Positions 12,901 to 25,545 of a stretch of DNA of 54,193 bases are shown piece after piece. Both the position numbers and the translations under genes were made by a program. The notes beneath the pieces are model-generated. The model had not been told where the DNA came from. It made no database searches and was given only the letters and a program-made list of their open reading frames with translations. The stretch is from Veleropilina oligotropha (taxonomy: Eukaryota), in contig JBEUKZ010000129.1 in assembly GCA_048128005.1 (NCBI GenBank), positions 248,001-302,193 of the forward strand. Reading direction: 5' to 3'. Position 1 is the first letter of the stretch, and each line of letters begins with the position of its first letter.

Positions 12901-15900
12901 GTGGTTAGTAAGTCTGTAAAGTTTCAGAAAGCTAGTATTTCTCTAAATGGAAAAAACAATGTGAGAAATTGACCATATCCGTGCTTCCAGAGGCTATGTA
13001 CAAATTCGCCGTCAAGTCGCCAAAAAAAACAAGTTTTCAAAATAAATTTCCAATATTCGAATTTGATCCACCCAATGATGTGGTTAGTTAATCTGTAAAG
13101 TTTCGTAATGCTCGCATTTCTCTAAATGGCAAAAAAGATTTGAGAAAATCAGGGACGGGCGGACGGACGAACGCGGATTCCATGTCCCCCGTCCGCCCGA
13201 TAGCGACGGGGGACAATAAGTATCGGTGACGAAAATAAAATGAGCACAGCTCACATGCCTCCGATTCGTTCTTTCACCCTCATGTCAACATCAGTACGTT
13301 TTTTCATTGGTGGGAGACGATGACAAATGAGAAACGTTTGTGACACAATAAGTAGAATTACGGTATGCTAGACATCTTACAGGCAAGAAATCTCGCACAT
13401 CAATCATCGCAGACATCATACAGGCAATAAATCTCACACATCAATCATCGCAGCAAACAAGTTTTACTTAAAATTTTGTATTTCATAAGCTTGGTAGTAG
13501 GAAAAAGCAAAATATTTGTGTCTTTTGACTTCACTACTCATTCATGTGAAGTATATGCGATATGGTGATTATAAATTTAAGTTATAAATCGGGTCAATCA
13601 ACTTGGAATGATGAAATGAAGTGGTGATGTGTGCAATGGAGGCAGCGATCATTAGAAAAGTCCCCGGTACTTCTGGGGCTTGATCCTGTGACCTCTCGTT
13701 AGTATACCAGGACCGTATCCATTCGGCCATGCTGCCCCATACTGAAAAAGACACGTGTACTCACCCTAGTTAACTAGAACTGTTATCCAGTGGATTACTA
13801 ATACCCCCAGCCCCCCCCCCTCCCCCACACACACACCTCAAAGGTATTCAAATTCTCAATATAGAAATCCAGTTAAACATTGAAAAGCATTGCAACGAAA
13901 TAGTCAGGCAACATCTTGCACAATATGAAGTCCCGTGGGACTTTTGGTATGAAAGCAAACCACCATGTTAGTTGCATCCAGGGGGGCCCAATGATCTATA
14001 AAAAGCTTTGTGGCACTCTGGGAAATGATGCAAACATGTATTTTTAACACATTTAAGGGTTTCACAATATAATGATAATTTACTATGCTTAAAAGTAACG
14101 TGATGTTATCCTGCAGCGTGCATAATGCTCCGATATGAACATATATGACACAAGACTGAACAATATGAACTTCTGAATGCTAATAAGATGTCTCCTCGCA
14201 AATATTTGAACCAATTTTTCTAATAAATTAACGAAACTAGAGGTATAATCCTCATACAGGCCCGCCTTTTGGATATATAAATCCATAGAGAGGAAAATAA
14301 TCAATAACTCTATATCTTCAAAGTGCCATCTGGAACGGAAATACACGAAAATGACCTTGACCTTTGACCCAGAGACTCCATTTTTTAACTTAACCAAGGC
14401 CTGATGGTATACAAGGTGCATACCCAAGATGAAAGCTGTAGGTCCAGCGGTTCATCTTCTATGTGACAGAAAGCAATCTTCGAAGTGCCAGAACGGAAAT
14501 ACCCGAAAATGACCTTGACCTTTGACCCAGCGACCCCATCTTTGAACTTGGGCTTGGCCTGATGGTATATAAGATGTATACCAAATATGAAAGGAGTAAG
14601 TCCAGCGGTTCATCTTCTATGTGACAGAAAGCATCAGGCGACGGACGACGGACGCCAGTCCACGGCTATAGCCCTGCCTTTAGAAGGCGGGCCAAAAACG
14701 AAATAATTACCGCATATTAACTTCTGTTTCACAGTTCGCGGTTCACTAAAATACATTTTTCTCGACAATGAGACAAACTTGCTTCTAATACAGCATACAC
14801 CAACGTACCTATGCTATTATTAGTTATGTTTGCTATTGCCTACATATAATTTGCTTGTTAATTCAACAGGATATATGCCAAAATGGTACCCTACCCCACT
14901 AATTTCTAAAATACATCGTAGTGTCATTTTCAGTCGTCAAATTGGGTGTATGTTTTTGACAACACAGGTCAAGCATTGACATATACATGCATGGGGAAAA
15001 GTGACTTTTGATTTATGAGTATCAATTCAAGATAATTATATATGATGTTGGACATTAATAACTTTCAAGCATAACATGAGAAGTATGGAATACAAGTCAT
15101 AGTATAATACGTGTATCAATAACATGGAACAACACAAGCACATTGAAGTTAAGCCATTGGTTAACTTATCTACGGATTTGCAAAGTAAATTTGATGAAAC
15201 AAATGTCCGAGTGTCGTACAGGCATTGATATCTGACACGAAGAGCTCATCACTGTCATCAAGATCATCGTCCTCATCTGGTATTTCGTCCTCGCTAGGTT
15301 TGCTTGGGACAAGTCGTTCACACTTGACCACTCACAAATATAAGTGCTGCTAGTTCCTGTTGATCATCTCTGCTGCTTGGAACGCCTTATATACAAATAT
15401 TTTCTTTCCGGCGAAATTTTCTGTATTGTATTCTCCACTCAGACCATAGAGCCCCAGCACTTTATCTGCACTGAGCTGACCGGGTCACGACCATGTGTTT
15501 GCTAGTGCAATTTGCTTTGTACAACATGTCTTCAGCAAGGTAACCAGTCAGTTACATCTTCGTCTTTAGTATCAGTAATGTGGAATGATGCCACGGGCTC
15601 ACTGCCTTGCCGTCTGTCACGAATGGATGTCTTCAAGGAAAAAAAAAGCATCCTAGCGATTAATACCAAGAGCATTTCATCCAATTTCCTGTACTTCTGC
15701 ATGATCTGCGAAACGAAGTGGTCAGCTCGATCTTTGCAGTTCTTGATACGATGTTGCTTGTCTATAGACTGTACATCTGCCATGGTCTCCAGCGATACCA
15801 CTTCCATGACTTATGTGTTATTACTAGAGTGCTCTGTCTTAGTACTGTCTTGCCCTGATGGCAGCATAAGATCAGATATTTCAGTGATCTCAGTGGTCAT

Positions 15901-18900
15901 CTCTAAAATGGTCATCAATAAACTACTCTTATTTTTGCAGTGCAGTATTGTTCCATCGGCAGTGAACAACGATCTTATGATATACTTTTGATATGATTTC
16001 AGCAGAACGCGAACAATGATGCTCAGTCTCCCTAGAAATCGACTATTGTGACTTTTCTGGTCACTTTCAGACGTTTTCCATCAATAAACTGTTGTCGTTT
16101 TGATGCGATTTTCAACATCCTTGGCCATCAAGTTTATAAGATTCGTATTGCGACCCTTGAATGGATTGATGAAGTTTTGTATCGTTGCCATGAGGGAATC
16201 AATGCATGTGAGAGCGTGTGATGATGTCCGTTATCATTGAGCCTCATGCCAGCCACTCCGTAGAGTGGGGCGATGATGAAAAGTTTTGTTCAGGCACTGC
16301 TGTTCAGTGTGATACCGATAACGCCTCCGGTGTGGTCAGCTTCAATTGAACATTATGGTACATGGAGGATCCCGATCACAATCCTTTTTCATTCCCTAAT
16401 TCCTGATATATATCTTTCGTCCTAACACAGAAGACTCATTCCGGCATAGACTAGTCTGTCGTGTAGAAATAAATTATTCATGATTGATTCTATGGCTGTG
16501 ATGTGTAACCCTCAGTTGCCTGTTCTGACTGCACGGATGAACAATAGCATCTTCATGGCATTCTATATGTACGGTACCATTGCATAATAATTGTGCCTTG
16601 CTCTGTGAGACGAAACGATCCATTAAGTTTTCTCCATCACTTGCTCTGAATCGATGATCTGTACCATTTATGAGTGGGCTTTCATCATCGCCTCGTGGTC
16701 ATGACTTGTAATCGAGAGAGACAGGTATTCGGTAACAGCTGATAGATCCTTGAATAGATCACGTTGATCCTTGAAGAAGACTTCTTAGTGCAATATGAGC
16801 AAGACCCGCAGTGCGGTCATGCAACTGCCCATAGCTCTCCTCCGCCCTTTCTACAACAAAAATATATCCTCAATGTAGGCCCCAACGCAGCAGAGTTGAG
16901 CCATCACGACGTTGCTAGTTCCCCTGGTCAACGAATCAAGGGTTCAGGTCACTGCGTGCCATCTGCGGCTGATTTGCGAGCTTGTACAATCACATATGAC
17001 CGACGGGGTCATAGCTTAGAGGTTATGATACTGGATCGCGACGGTAGATATCAGAGTTTGATTCTCGGGAGTGCCAATGATTTGTCACAGATATACATCG
17101 TCTGCATTGCACACAGTATCCGTCTGTCGGATGAGACGTTAATCCGGTGACCCCGACTACCGATACGACTGAAACGATGTTAAAGTGTGGTCGTAAAACA
17201 AAAATTGATTCAGATCAAATCAAACAATGACATATCATACCAGTCTTATGATTTGATGGGACTTCGTTGATTTCTTCAGCCTCTATGAATAACTCCATGA
17301 GCTTGTTTCATACATATGAAGGTTCAGAAATTAGTGGTGGTGACCCTATTCTTGTCAGTGTCATATTTGCAGATACTAAGAAATGATATGCTGATCACGC
17401 TGGATGGAAACTTTCTTCTATATGGTCATGTATACGGTACGTTCTTATCACCCCACATCCTGTAGATACTCTGATCTGCTGTGACTTTCCTGGATGCATC
17501 AAGATGCATACCGATGCATGATATGATGGACATGTGTAGATGATTTAAGATATTCCACAAGGTTTGTAACTGTACTTGGTAGATCTTTCATTGAGCGCTT
17601 CTGAGCAGAACCAATTAATTCATGCATTAGAGTCTCATCCCTTGGGGGTCACACCTCTAGCGAAGCATCAGTGCAGTAGGATGGTTGGTTCTTTTTCCGC
17701 CAGGAGTGTCCTATGCAAAATCGACATTATCAATTTCAAAGAAAGTGTTACATCTCACCATCAGGGGGCCAAGCACAGATCGACATTGAGTGCCATTCTT
17801 TGAAGTTTGGTGTCAAATATTACTATATTGGAACAGTAGGGTACTTGTATGTGTTAATGCCCGACCAGTATTAAGAAAAATATACAGTCAATTTGACAAA
17901 TGACTGAAAACGACACTTTACGATGCATTTTATAAATTAGGGGTAGGGCAAACATTTTGACATATACCTTGATGAATTATCAAGCAAATGATATGTAGGA
18001 ACTAGCAAAAATAAGAAGTATTAACATAGGTACGTTGTGCTATTATTTATAATCCGATAATTTGTCTCCTTGTCGAGAAAAATGTATTTTAGTGAATCGC
18101 GAACTGCGAAACGGAAGTCAAAATCTAGTAAAAAAAATAATTTTTCGGTAATTTATTCAAAAATAGAATCAGATATTTACGAGGAGACATTATATTAGTA
18201 TGAAAAACTTCAATCTGGTCAGATAAGCGTCAAACATATCCATATTAAAACATTAGGCAAGGTGCAGCTCAGCACAATTTTACTTATAAACATAGAAAAA
18301 TTATCGTTATTATGTGACAACCTTAAATATGTCCAAATACTTGTCTGCACAATTTTACAGAGTGCCACCAAACTTTGTATAGATCTTAAGAGACCCCTTA
18401 AAGCAATTAGCACAGTGGTTTGCTTTCATACCAAAATTCCCATGGGACTTGTGATGCTACTGGACTAAAAACAAGGTAAAAGATTATTCCGGGATTATTA
18501 TGAGCAAAGTCTGGAGTCTATTAATCAAGGTAAAACAGGATAGAAATCAAGATAAATACGTTGTCGAGCACCGTCTTGGTAAAGACGGTGAATTGAATAC
18601 CGCATAACGTTAAACCACTCCGTTATCGCCTCGTGGTTTAACGTTATGCGGTATTCAATTCACTGTGTTTACCGCGACGTCGCTTATGTTTAGCAATATA
18701 CGCCAAGGTCAGAGGTCATTCTGGGAAAATTTGTCTCCTGTAACAACTACATGATGTAGTATGCCAAGTGTCGAAATCTGCTCAGCAGATGGGGAGAAAT
18801 TGTCCGGACGGTCGGACGGAGAGACAGGGTGATTCCAATATACCGCCTAACTTCGTTACAGGGGTATAATTAATGTGCACAGGTCGATTTTGGAGATATG

Positions 18901-21329
18901 TTCTGCGCAAAGGCAGATTATTTGAAGAACAATTATATTGTGCGGGGCATTTCATATAAACAACATGCAGGCTATTATATTTGGTAAATTTCCATTTTGA
19001 TGATGGTATGTTAAATATATTCTTCATTAGATTTACCTTCGACGATGATGGCTAGGTCAACGGCAGAAGGCATTGGAGCGAGCCCATTTTCCACGTCACA
19101 GCGGAACACCAACCCGTGGTCTTTGTCAGTTATTAGGTAGTCAAACTCGCTTTCTGCTTTGGTCCAGCATTGGTAGTGCTTGTAATCCGACATTGTAATA
19201 TTGCCGTCGAATACAGAGAAGGATGGATCTCCGGTTCGATAAACGTACCACGTAATGTTGCCATTCGGTTTCCCGACTTCAGCATCACATGTCAGATGTA
19301 ACATATCACCCACGCGACCTACGACAGGCGAGTGGACCAACGTATTATTCACGAGTATTTTGGCGTAGTTCGGCTTTTCTGAAAGAAAACTCCTTTTAGC
19401 AGTTACTATTATTATCACGAGGCCGTCCACTTATATAGCTCCGTTGTAAAGAGATGAATCAATCTAGTCAAACAATTTAAGACATTTGAGCAACACTTCC
19501 CCATGTATCAGCATTCCAATATGCAGGATTGCTGTTTTGGCAAAGTCCAAAACAGGGACGGATATTTTTCTAATAATCGCAGGCGAGTTACTGCCTTTAT
19601 TTAAGGCTACGGTGGCGCCACGCGTTACTGACGTCAATCAACATGATCTTACGCTTTCTATGAATGTCTGTAGTGACTAAATAAATATTAAATATTGTAA
19701 AACGATCTTAAATGACTGGCATCTTGTTTATTGTTACTTAATACTCGTGACTCTTTTCGTGTTGTGCCAAAACAGGCAATGTTTCTTCATTATATGTGAA
19801 CTGTTCAACATATGTGTTGACCCATAAGTAGCTGTCAGTTTGAAAAGATAACTGTAATGCCACAAATATATGGGGGGGGGGGGGTACAACCATTTTGAGC
19901 ATGCGTATATGTATGGTTAGCGTTCTTGTATTTTTTTCTTGACTGATTCTCAAACGCTTTTAAATGTCTGCACGGTTTCTGTTGTTCGCTATATAGTGGT
20001 ATGCGTCTTTCAGTACGCGTGCTTGCACGCCAGTCGATTTGAGTGTATTTAAATCATATTTATATAATACACCGACTAGACTGAAGGCTTTTCACACATA
20101 CGCCGAAACGGAAGCCGAAAACCGATTCGGTTTCGGTGGTGCTTTCGCATATGACACCGATTTCGTACAGTGTCATCACTTTGCTTGTTTAAAACTAGTA
20201 CAACATGGTTGATACACACGAAGGTTGCTGTGATGAGATGCTAGGGTATGTATTGCTGAGAAGGAGACGACGCGCAAGACGTGTATGGGTGCACGAGAGT
20301 AACTTGCAAAGGCGGGAGTTTGCTGAAGCCATTCTCGTGGAAGAATTGAAACATCACCCAGAGATCGCTTTTACGTACTTTAGGATGATTGCATACCATT
20401 TTGACGATAAATGTTTAGGTGCCATATATGCGTCACACTTAAGCATCCCTTGTATTTTTATAACTATGATCACCGAATTAGTTTAAATAGAAACTGAATT
20501 CGGCTCGTTTACGGTTTCGTATCGAGTGTATGTGTGAAAGCTTCAATACATTTCTATAGATTTTATTTTTATTCGTTTTCTGTTCGGATTATGTTCGTTA
20601 TAGGCCTATGAAACGGCTTTAACTAGCAAAATTCTAGAGCCTACAACTCGAAGGGGATATCCTGTCACAAAACGGCCATCTTGAATGTAAAATGACCAAA
20701 TGGTTTAGGGCCGTGACCTCATAGCTATTGTGCATATAAATGCGAATCAAGTCGGGTTATAACTGTTGACTTTGGAGCGCATATAAATGCGAATCAAGTC
20801 GGGTTATAACTGTTGACTGTGGAGCGCATATAAATGCGAATCAAGTTTGGTTATAACTATTGACTGTGGAGGGCACATAAGAAATCTCAGCCAAAGTGAC
20901 GACAGTGATAATATGACAAAACCACTGTATTCCCAGGGTTACTATAATTAGTCTACGAAGTCGTTTAGCGGCACATACCCAAGAATTCCACGACCTTGGT
21001 AATTTCATCCTGCCTTTGCTGCGCATTAACAATGCATCTATACGTGCCCTCGTCGTGGCACCGGATCTCATCGAAGGACAGCACAATGTAAGCCGACGGT
21101 GTGAGGTGCCCGGATGCATTAACGTGCGATCCACCCAGTGCCCTCGTCCACGTGGCCGTTCCTCGGTCGTCTACAGTCGCCAAGCGCGTGAACGAACCGT
21201 TTATCCATTTTTCAATGGCAATGTTGTACACGCGACCAATATCCGTGGCGTTCTCCATGCATTGTATTGTAAAATTCCATGACCCGATCACTCCAACTTC
21301 CGGTTCTGTGACGATGACAAGACCCCATG
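9836..21329 (-). CDS. Gene A (5' exon not located): 2 Ig domains + S/T-rich stalk + GPI-signal-like tail
   Basis: Exons 21329-20979, 19378-19037, 10603-10523, 10427-10371, 10077-10030 and 9903-9836. All GT..AG, phase 1, continuous open frame to TGA; minus-strand AATAAA at 9346-9341. Confidence 0.8.
10030..10077 (-). CDS. Gene A stalk exon (RVMTTPLGVNTGSKFT)
   Basis: acatag acceptor, gtagga donor, 48 nt, phase 1-1. Confidence 0.55.
10371..10427 (-). CDS. Gene A stalk exon (DILRSPIDPINVNSLQDKK)
   Basis: cttgcag acceptor, gtaagg donor, 57 nt, phase 1-1. Confidence 0.65.
10523..10603 (-). CDS. Gene A stalk exon (GLEITSSTLEAHSTVATVTGIVGAWPS)
   Basis: atgcag acceptor, gtaggt donor, 81 nt, phase 1-1, S/T-rich. 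Confidence 0.65.
10750..13220. mobile_element. HINE/Helentron-like non-autonomous element with ~170-bp internal repeats, interrupted by other inserts
   Basis: Recurrent atgatgtggttagttgatctgtaaagtttcagaaagcta at ~10870, 11040, 12900 and 13080; ends with (GGAC)n and a tgtcccccgtc..gacgggggaca hairpin. Family assignment by architecture only. Confidence 0.5.
13640..13738 (-). mobile_element. tRNA-derived SINE head (second copy at ~52418-52460)
   Basis: Minus strand GGGGCAGCATGGCCGAATGGATACGG with box A TGGCCGARTGG in both copies; no intact cloverleaf. Confidence 0.5.
13925..18453 (-). mobile_element. Decayed DNA transposon with ~0.55-0.6 kb TIRs (possibly CMC-group) in gene A intron
   Basis: 13928-14235 + 14700-14965 is the inverted match of ~17875-18450; the right terminus reads CACAAGTCCCATGGG on the minus strand. 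Interior has broken minus-strand coding remnants such as GGVIGITLNSSA*TKLFIIAP (~16250-16330). Confidence 0.7.
14235..14698 (+). mobile_element. HINE-like element inserted in the left TIR of the larger transposon
   Basis: AACTAG start, subterminal inverted ggcccgcctt/aaggcgggcc, two ~160-bp tgaccttgacctttgacc repeats, (GACG)n and a terminal hairpin; AACGAAA on both flanks. Confidence 0.65.
18578..18673. repeat. Near-perfect palindrome (~41-bp arms); related degenerate copy at ~41280-41352
   Basis: ggtaaagacggtgaattgaataccgcataacgttaaaccac ... gtggtttaacgttatgcggtattcaattcactgtgtttacc. Confidence 0.85.
19037..19378 (-). CDS. Gene A C2/I-type-like Ig exon
   Basis: ttttctttcag acceptor, gtaaat donor, 342 nt; LHLTCDAEVGKPNGNITWY ... 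VFRCDVEN. Confidence 0.9.
20083..20545 (+). mobile_element. PIF/Harbinger deletion derivative
   Basis: TIR ggcttttcacacatac / gtatgtgtgaaagctt; ORF 20205-20486 RRVWVHESNLQRREFAE..LVEELK..FTYFRM resembles a Harbinger transposase N-terminus. Confidence 0.7.
20979..21329 (-). CDS. Gene A V-type-like Ig exon
   Basis: ttacag acceptor, gtatgt donor, 351 nt (same length as gene B exon 2); FTIQC ... IRCHDEGTYRC. Confidence 0.9.
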
Positions 21330-21896
21330 CTGTAATGTATACAAGGTGGTGTGCTCAACGGCATTGATAATACACATTATATATGCTGAAATAAGATTAT
21401 ATTCTTGGCAAAACTATCATTCATAGTTTTTGTTTCATTGTATCAAAACGAGCGAGTAGGGCGGCAAGCGACTTCGTAACTGCCGTGTTTTCCAGCTCCA
21501 ATACAAAATCATATATATATATAGACACATGAACACTGATGTGGTGCCCAATGGCAACAGTCGTGCTCACAGACTGTGGATGACAGGGATGAAAAATTAA
21601 CTCACTCAATCACTGACTCTAAAGGGAACGCTTTAACCAGGGCAGCAAAGAGTACAGAAATTTGAGGGCGGAAAATATTAATGTCCATTGCACGACAAAG
21701 TGAGAATATCACTTTAACGCGACACGTATTGCCAGATTAGCCATTGGTGAACGGGAAACTGGGTATATAAAAGCATATTGTTCTGCTTCATGGTGAAAAG
21801 CGAGACAATTTAACATGTTCAGGTTGGTTTGTACATACATAGGTTTGCGTTACGGTGGAAGGGAAGCAACTTTAGAGAATTTACACTGGGGATATC

Positions 21897-22183
21897 CAGA
21901 GCCGTAGCTAGATATTTTTATCTGGGGGGGGGGGCAGACCCAGTGTTGCCAGCACTCACCCATGCGATTCCCGGAACCCTAAAATAAGTGAACGGTTGTG
22001 CGTTGGGGACCATGGTTCCCCAACGCACAAGAAAATTTTGGATTCACTCCTACGAAACGGCCTCTCCTGCACTCTAGCGTTTTATTTAATGTGAATCACT
22101 TTAGTTTTACGTCCGCGTTTTCCAGATTTCAGGGGGGGGGGGGAACTGCCCCACCCCCTGACCTCATGGTAGTTACGGCCCTG
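21897..22183. mobile_element. CAG-ended MITE with perfect 5-bp TSD ATATC
   Basis: atatc|CAGAGCCGTAGCTA ... TAGTTACGGCCCTG|atatc. Confidence 0.75.
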
Positions 22184-22363
22184 ATATCTGGAAGCATTTG
22201 CCATGCAATATAAATCCTCCTGTGGCGACAATTTAAGGATGAGACTTTATGATTCCGCCCTCATTACCTATTTGAGCATTATGGGGATGTTTGGAGCGAT
22301 AAGGGTAATATATCCATAATATTTTCCTTACGAGTCGTGAAAGATTGTCGTACACCAATGACC

Positions 22364-22374
22364 ATATATGTATT

Positions 22375-22460
<86 letters not shown>

Positions 22461-22503
22461 CATATGCATATGCATATGCATATGCATATGCATATGCATA
22501 TGC

Positions 22504-22536
<33 letters not shown>
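22364..22536. repeat. Compound hexanucleotide microsatellite (TATATG)n(CATATG)n(TATATG)n
   Basis: Directly visible. Confidence 0.95.
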
Positions 22537-25251
22537 CGCCTACGGAGTGTCTAATTCCTACGGCGAACCTAGAAATGAAAAAATGTTATAACTCCGCGTT
22601 ATATTTCCACGGCGACCCCTACGGCCTGTAAATATAGGGATACGCCCTAGGGCGACCCTACGGCCACCGCAGATTCTCTGCGATCAATATGGAGATATTT
22701 TGTACCATCCGATCAAGAAATCGTAGGCATTATTGATTTATAACGATCATTGTTTGTGCTCAACCTGATAAGCCGAATTATCAAAATAGTGTAAATACAT
22801 GTATAATATTTACTATCAATGCTAAGAGGTAACTAGCATATTACTATATGTTCATATTTTAAGTTATGACAAGATAAAATCTAATTGATACCTTGATGAA
22901 CGGTGACTTGGACTACAATAGTTAGAACTCCGATTGCAAAGTACATCTTAAAATTGTTTGCGCGACAACAGCAGACACGAAATTCTCGCCCCAATTATGA
23001 TAACAATGGACCGATCTAAAAGAAAATCCGCACTTCACTAGGTGCCATTTCCGTTTTCATGTTGAAACATTCAATCTCGCTTCGGCGAAAATGTGCGACA
23101 TTAGAGAGTTTTCGCAAATGTCCCGTGAGCGTGTACCTGTAACGTGAAAGGGATCAATTCGCTGAGTATCCATTGACAACCAATTACACGTACAGGTTCA
23201 CGTTTTACTCGTTTTGGGGTTTCGCAGATCGACGCAGGCAACGCACAGTCATCTATGAATTTAAATATGTTCATGTACCATATCATATTATTAACGTTAT
23301 TATAAGGTATAACATTATTTAATTATTTGACAGTGTAGAAATATTTGATCTTTATTTTGTATATATATCAGTAGATCAGTTATTTCTACGATAGCTTGTT
23401 TCACGTTTCTCGTAATCACAAGTCTTGAAATCCATTTTCGCAAAGTGATCGTGAACGTGTGCCTCGGATGTATGGGTAATATGAAAATATCATCATGGTG
23501 TAATCATTATTTGCTATATGAACCCATTGAGCAGAAATAGAACCGTGTAAGTTGACGTTCACGGAACAAGAGCAACCTGTAATTCGATGTATTCACGTAG
23601 GCTACTTCCAAAACATGTAACACATCGGTATTAGTAAAATATATACACACGCACTCGCGCATACACACACAAGTACGTGCTGAGATAAGTTTGTGCGTAT
23701 CTTCAGCTCTGTGTTAATTTTATAGCAAGTTTTAGAGTGGTTTATTTTAAAGTTTCGAATTTGGCATAGTACCTCCGAGAGTCATAATTTTTTTTAAAGT
23801 TTGTTGTTGAAATTTTTTCATATAAATGATTAAATGATATACATGTACAATAATATTCTTATATTAATCTGCTTAATCACAGCAATATAACAGTGTGAAA
23901 ATTATAAAACATATGAGATTGTTCTCTCGTCTCTGGATTTGGTGACCATGTAGATGTGTATCGACCCATATAATTGTTTGAAATAGTTAAATAACATAGC
24001 ATGATTATTTGTTGTTTCGCTAAACATTCAATGTTTGCTTTCTAAATAATGACACGTAGTCTTTTGAAAGTGAAGAAGTGAAGTATCTCCTAATTATTTA
24101 AAGACTTTTATACGCGTTAGCTATACCGGTACAATACTTATGTATATTTAATATATTAATGAACAACACTATTGTGTATTTTTGCATGTATCCACATGCA
24201 TTTCTTCACTGCATTGCATATTGTTTTCATTTTCCGAGGTTAAACGCCCCATCTCGAGAAAATACCTTTCCAGCCTCGTTCTCGACCTGATTCTACACAT
24301 TGCCTTCACTTGTGTTAAGAATGAAGTGCATTGTTATGTCATTAGAGCCATGAATTGCTTGATCATAGATATTGGCTACCGTATTCGAATAGTGCATTCG
24401 CACATTAAGAGAATATTAATAAAACGTATCATAAATATATCGACCAAATTGAAAGGGATGCAGATTCATTGGCATTTCGAATCTGTGCGAGATGGTTATC
24501 TTTAACACAAAATATAAATCAAATATAAATGTTTCTAATTTTTATACACGATGTAAAACATTATGAAATATCACCGGAAACATTCAGATGGGGTGATTAA
24601 TGGTATAAATGCTCTGTTATCAAGTAAACCAATTTGTGTGAATTTATATTTATTTATATTTTTTCAATTTGCTATACATAACTTTTCTTTAAAAAAATCA
24701 TGGATGAAGATAATGATTTGCCTGTGTTTTTGATGCGTTCGTCATTAATTACACGTTCGAGTCGAACGTGAACGCCTGTATTCGCGGTTACCATATATAG
24801 TCTCGGCATTAGTTTGCGAAAACTCTCTATTATGGACGAAAAGCCTGGCGCGCACGAAAGGAAATATATCTGCTTAGCCAAAATTCATTCGTGGTCAATT
24901 GCTAAGATCGCTTCGGCAAGAGTTGTGTCATTCGTGAACAAAAGTCAAATGTTCAACGTGTTTGATAACCTCTGCCACCCGTGGAAAAAACCTAACCGTG
25001 TGAGCTGAACGAAAGCTAACTACTTTACTTATAAATACAAATAAATCCCTGATGACGTGCACATACTCACACGGCACTTGCTGCTCTTGATTTTATGTAG
25101 CATCAATGTGTCACAACGCCGTGCCCTGAATAGTCAAATTTTCAGATATCATCAAATATCTACCACCTCCACACTTAATGTTGAGACAGCACCGTTTATC
25201 GCATCCTTTTAACTCATCCGGTCATCGCATCCATCAAAGCGGTTTTGGACA

Positions 25252-25410
25252 GTATGGTTAAACTTTACACGTGACATATACCACCGAACATTATGGTTAA
25301 CCTTTACACGTGGCATATACCACCGGATATTATGGTTAACATTTACAAGTGACATATACCACCGGACATTATGGTTAACCTTTACACATGACATAATATT
25401 ATACCACCGG
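25252..25410. repeat. 39-bp minisatellite, about 4 copies
   Basis: Unit ttatggttaacctttacacgtggcatataccaccggaca; 13-aa periodic ORF. Confidence 0.8.
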
Positions 25411-25435
25411 CAACGATTATGTATAGGTTACAACA

Positions 25436-25545
25436 TGAGGTTTAGTTGTCTAATTGGAAAAGCGTGAATTTAAATTACGAGGCGCGAAGCGCCGAGTTGT
25501 TTAATTGCACGAGCTTTTCCGATTGGAAAACACAAACCGAGTGAT
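25436..25545. repeat. Imperfect palindromic element centred on gaggcgcgaagcgccgag
   Basis: aattggaaaagcgtgaatttaaattac pairs with gttgtttaattgcacgagcttttccgatt. Confidence 0.6.

Noticed and set aside
13640..13738. tRNA gene
   Set aside because: Box A-like motif is present but there is no intact cloverleaf; a second truncated copy exists, so this is a SINE head.
15512..17803. Plus-strand ORFs of 159, 128 and 75 aa as genes
   Set aside because: Antisense shadows of the decayed minus-strand transposon interior, with no recognisable domain.
3384..21329. Calling the Ig genes FREP/CREP/GREP, Dscam or Dpr orthologues
   Set aside because: No fibrinogen, C-type lectin or galectin exon seen, no arrays of alternative exons, and no recognisable orthology; only the architecture is comparable.
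22233..22631. MH/IH/IC/YV dipeptide ORFs
   Set aside because: Microsatellite artefacts; the same applies to the YI ORFs at 53368-53833.
25071..25103. Minus-strand ATG..|gtgagt as gene A first exon
   Set aside because: Phase 0 and not hydrophobic (MLHKIKSSKCR); it cannot join the phase-1 Ig exon.
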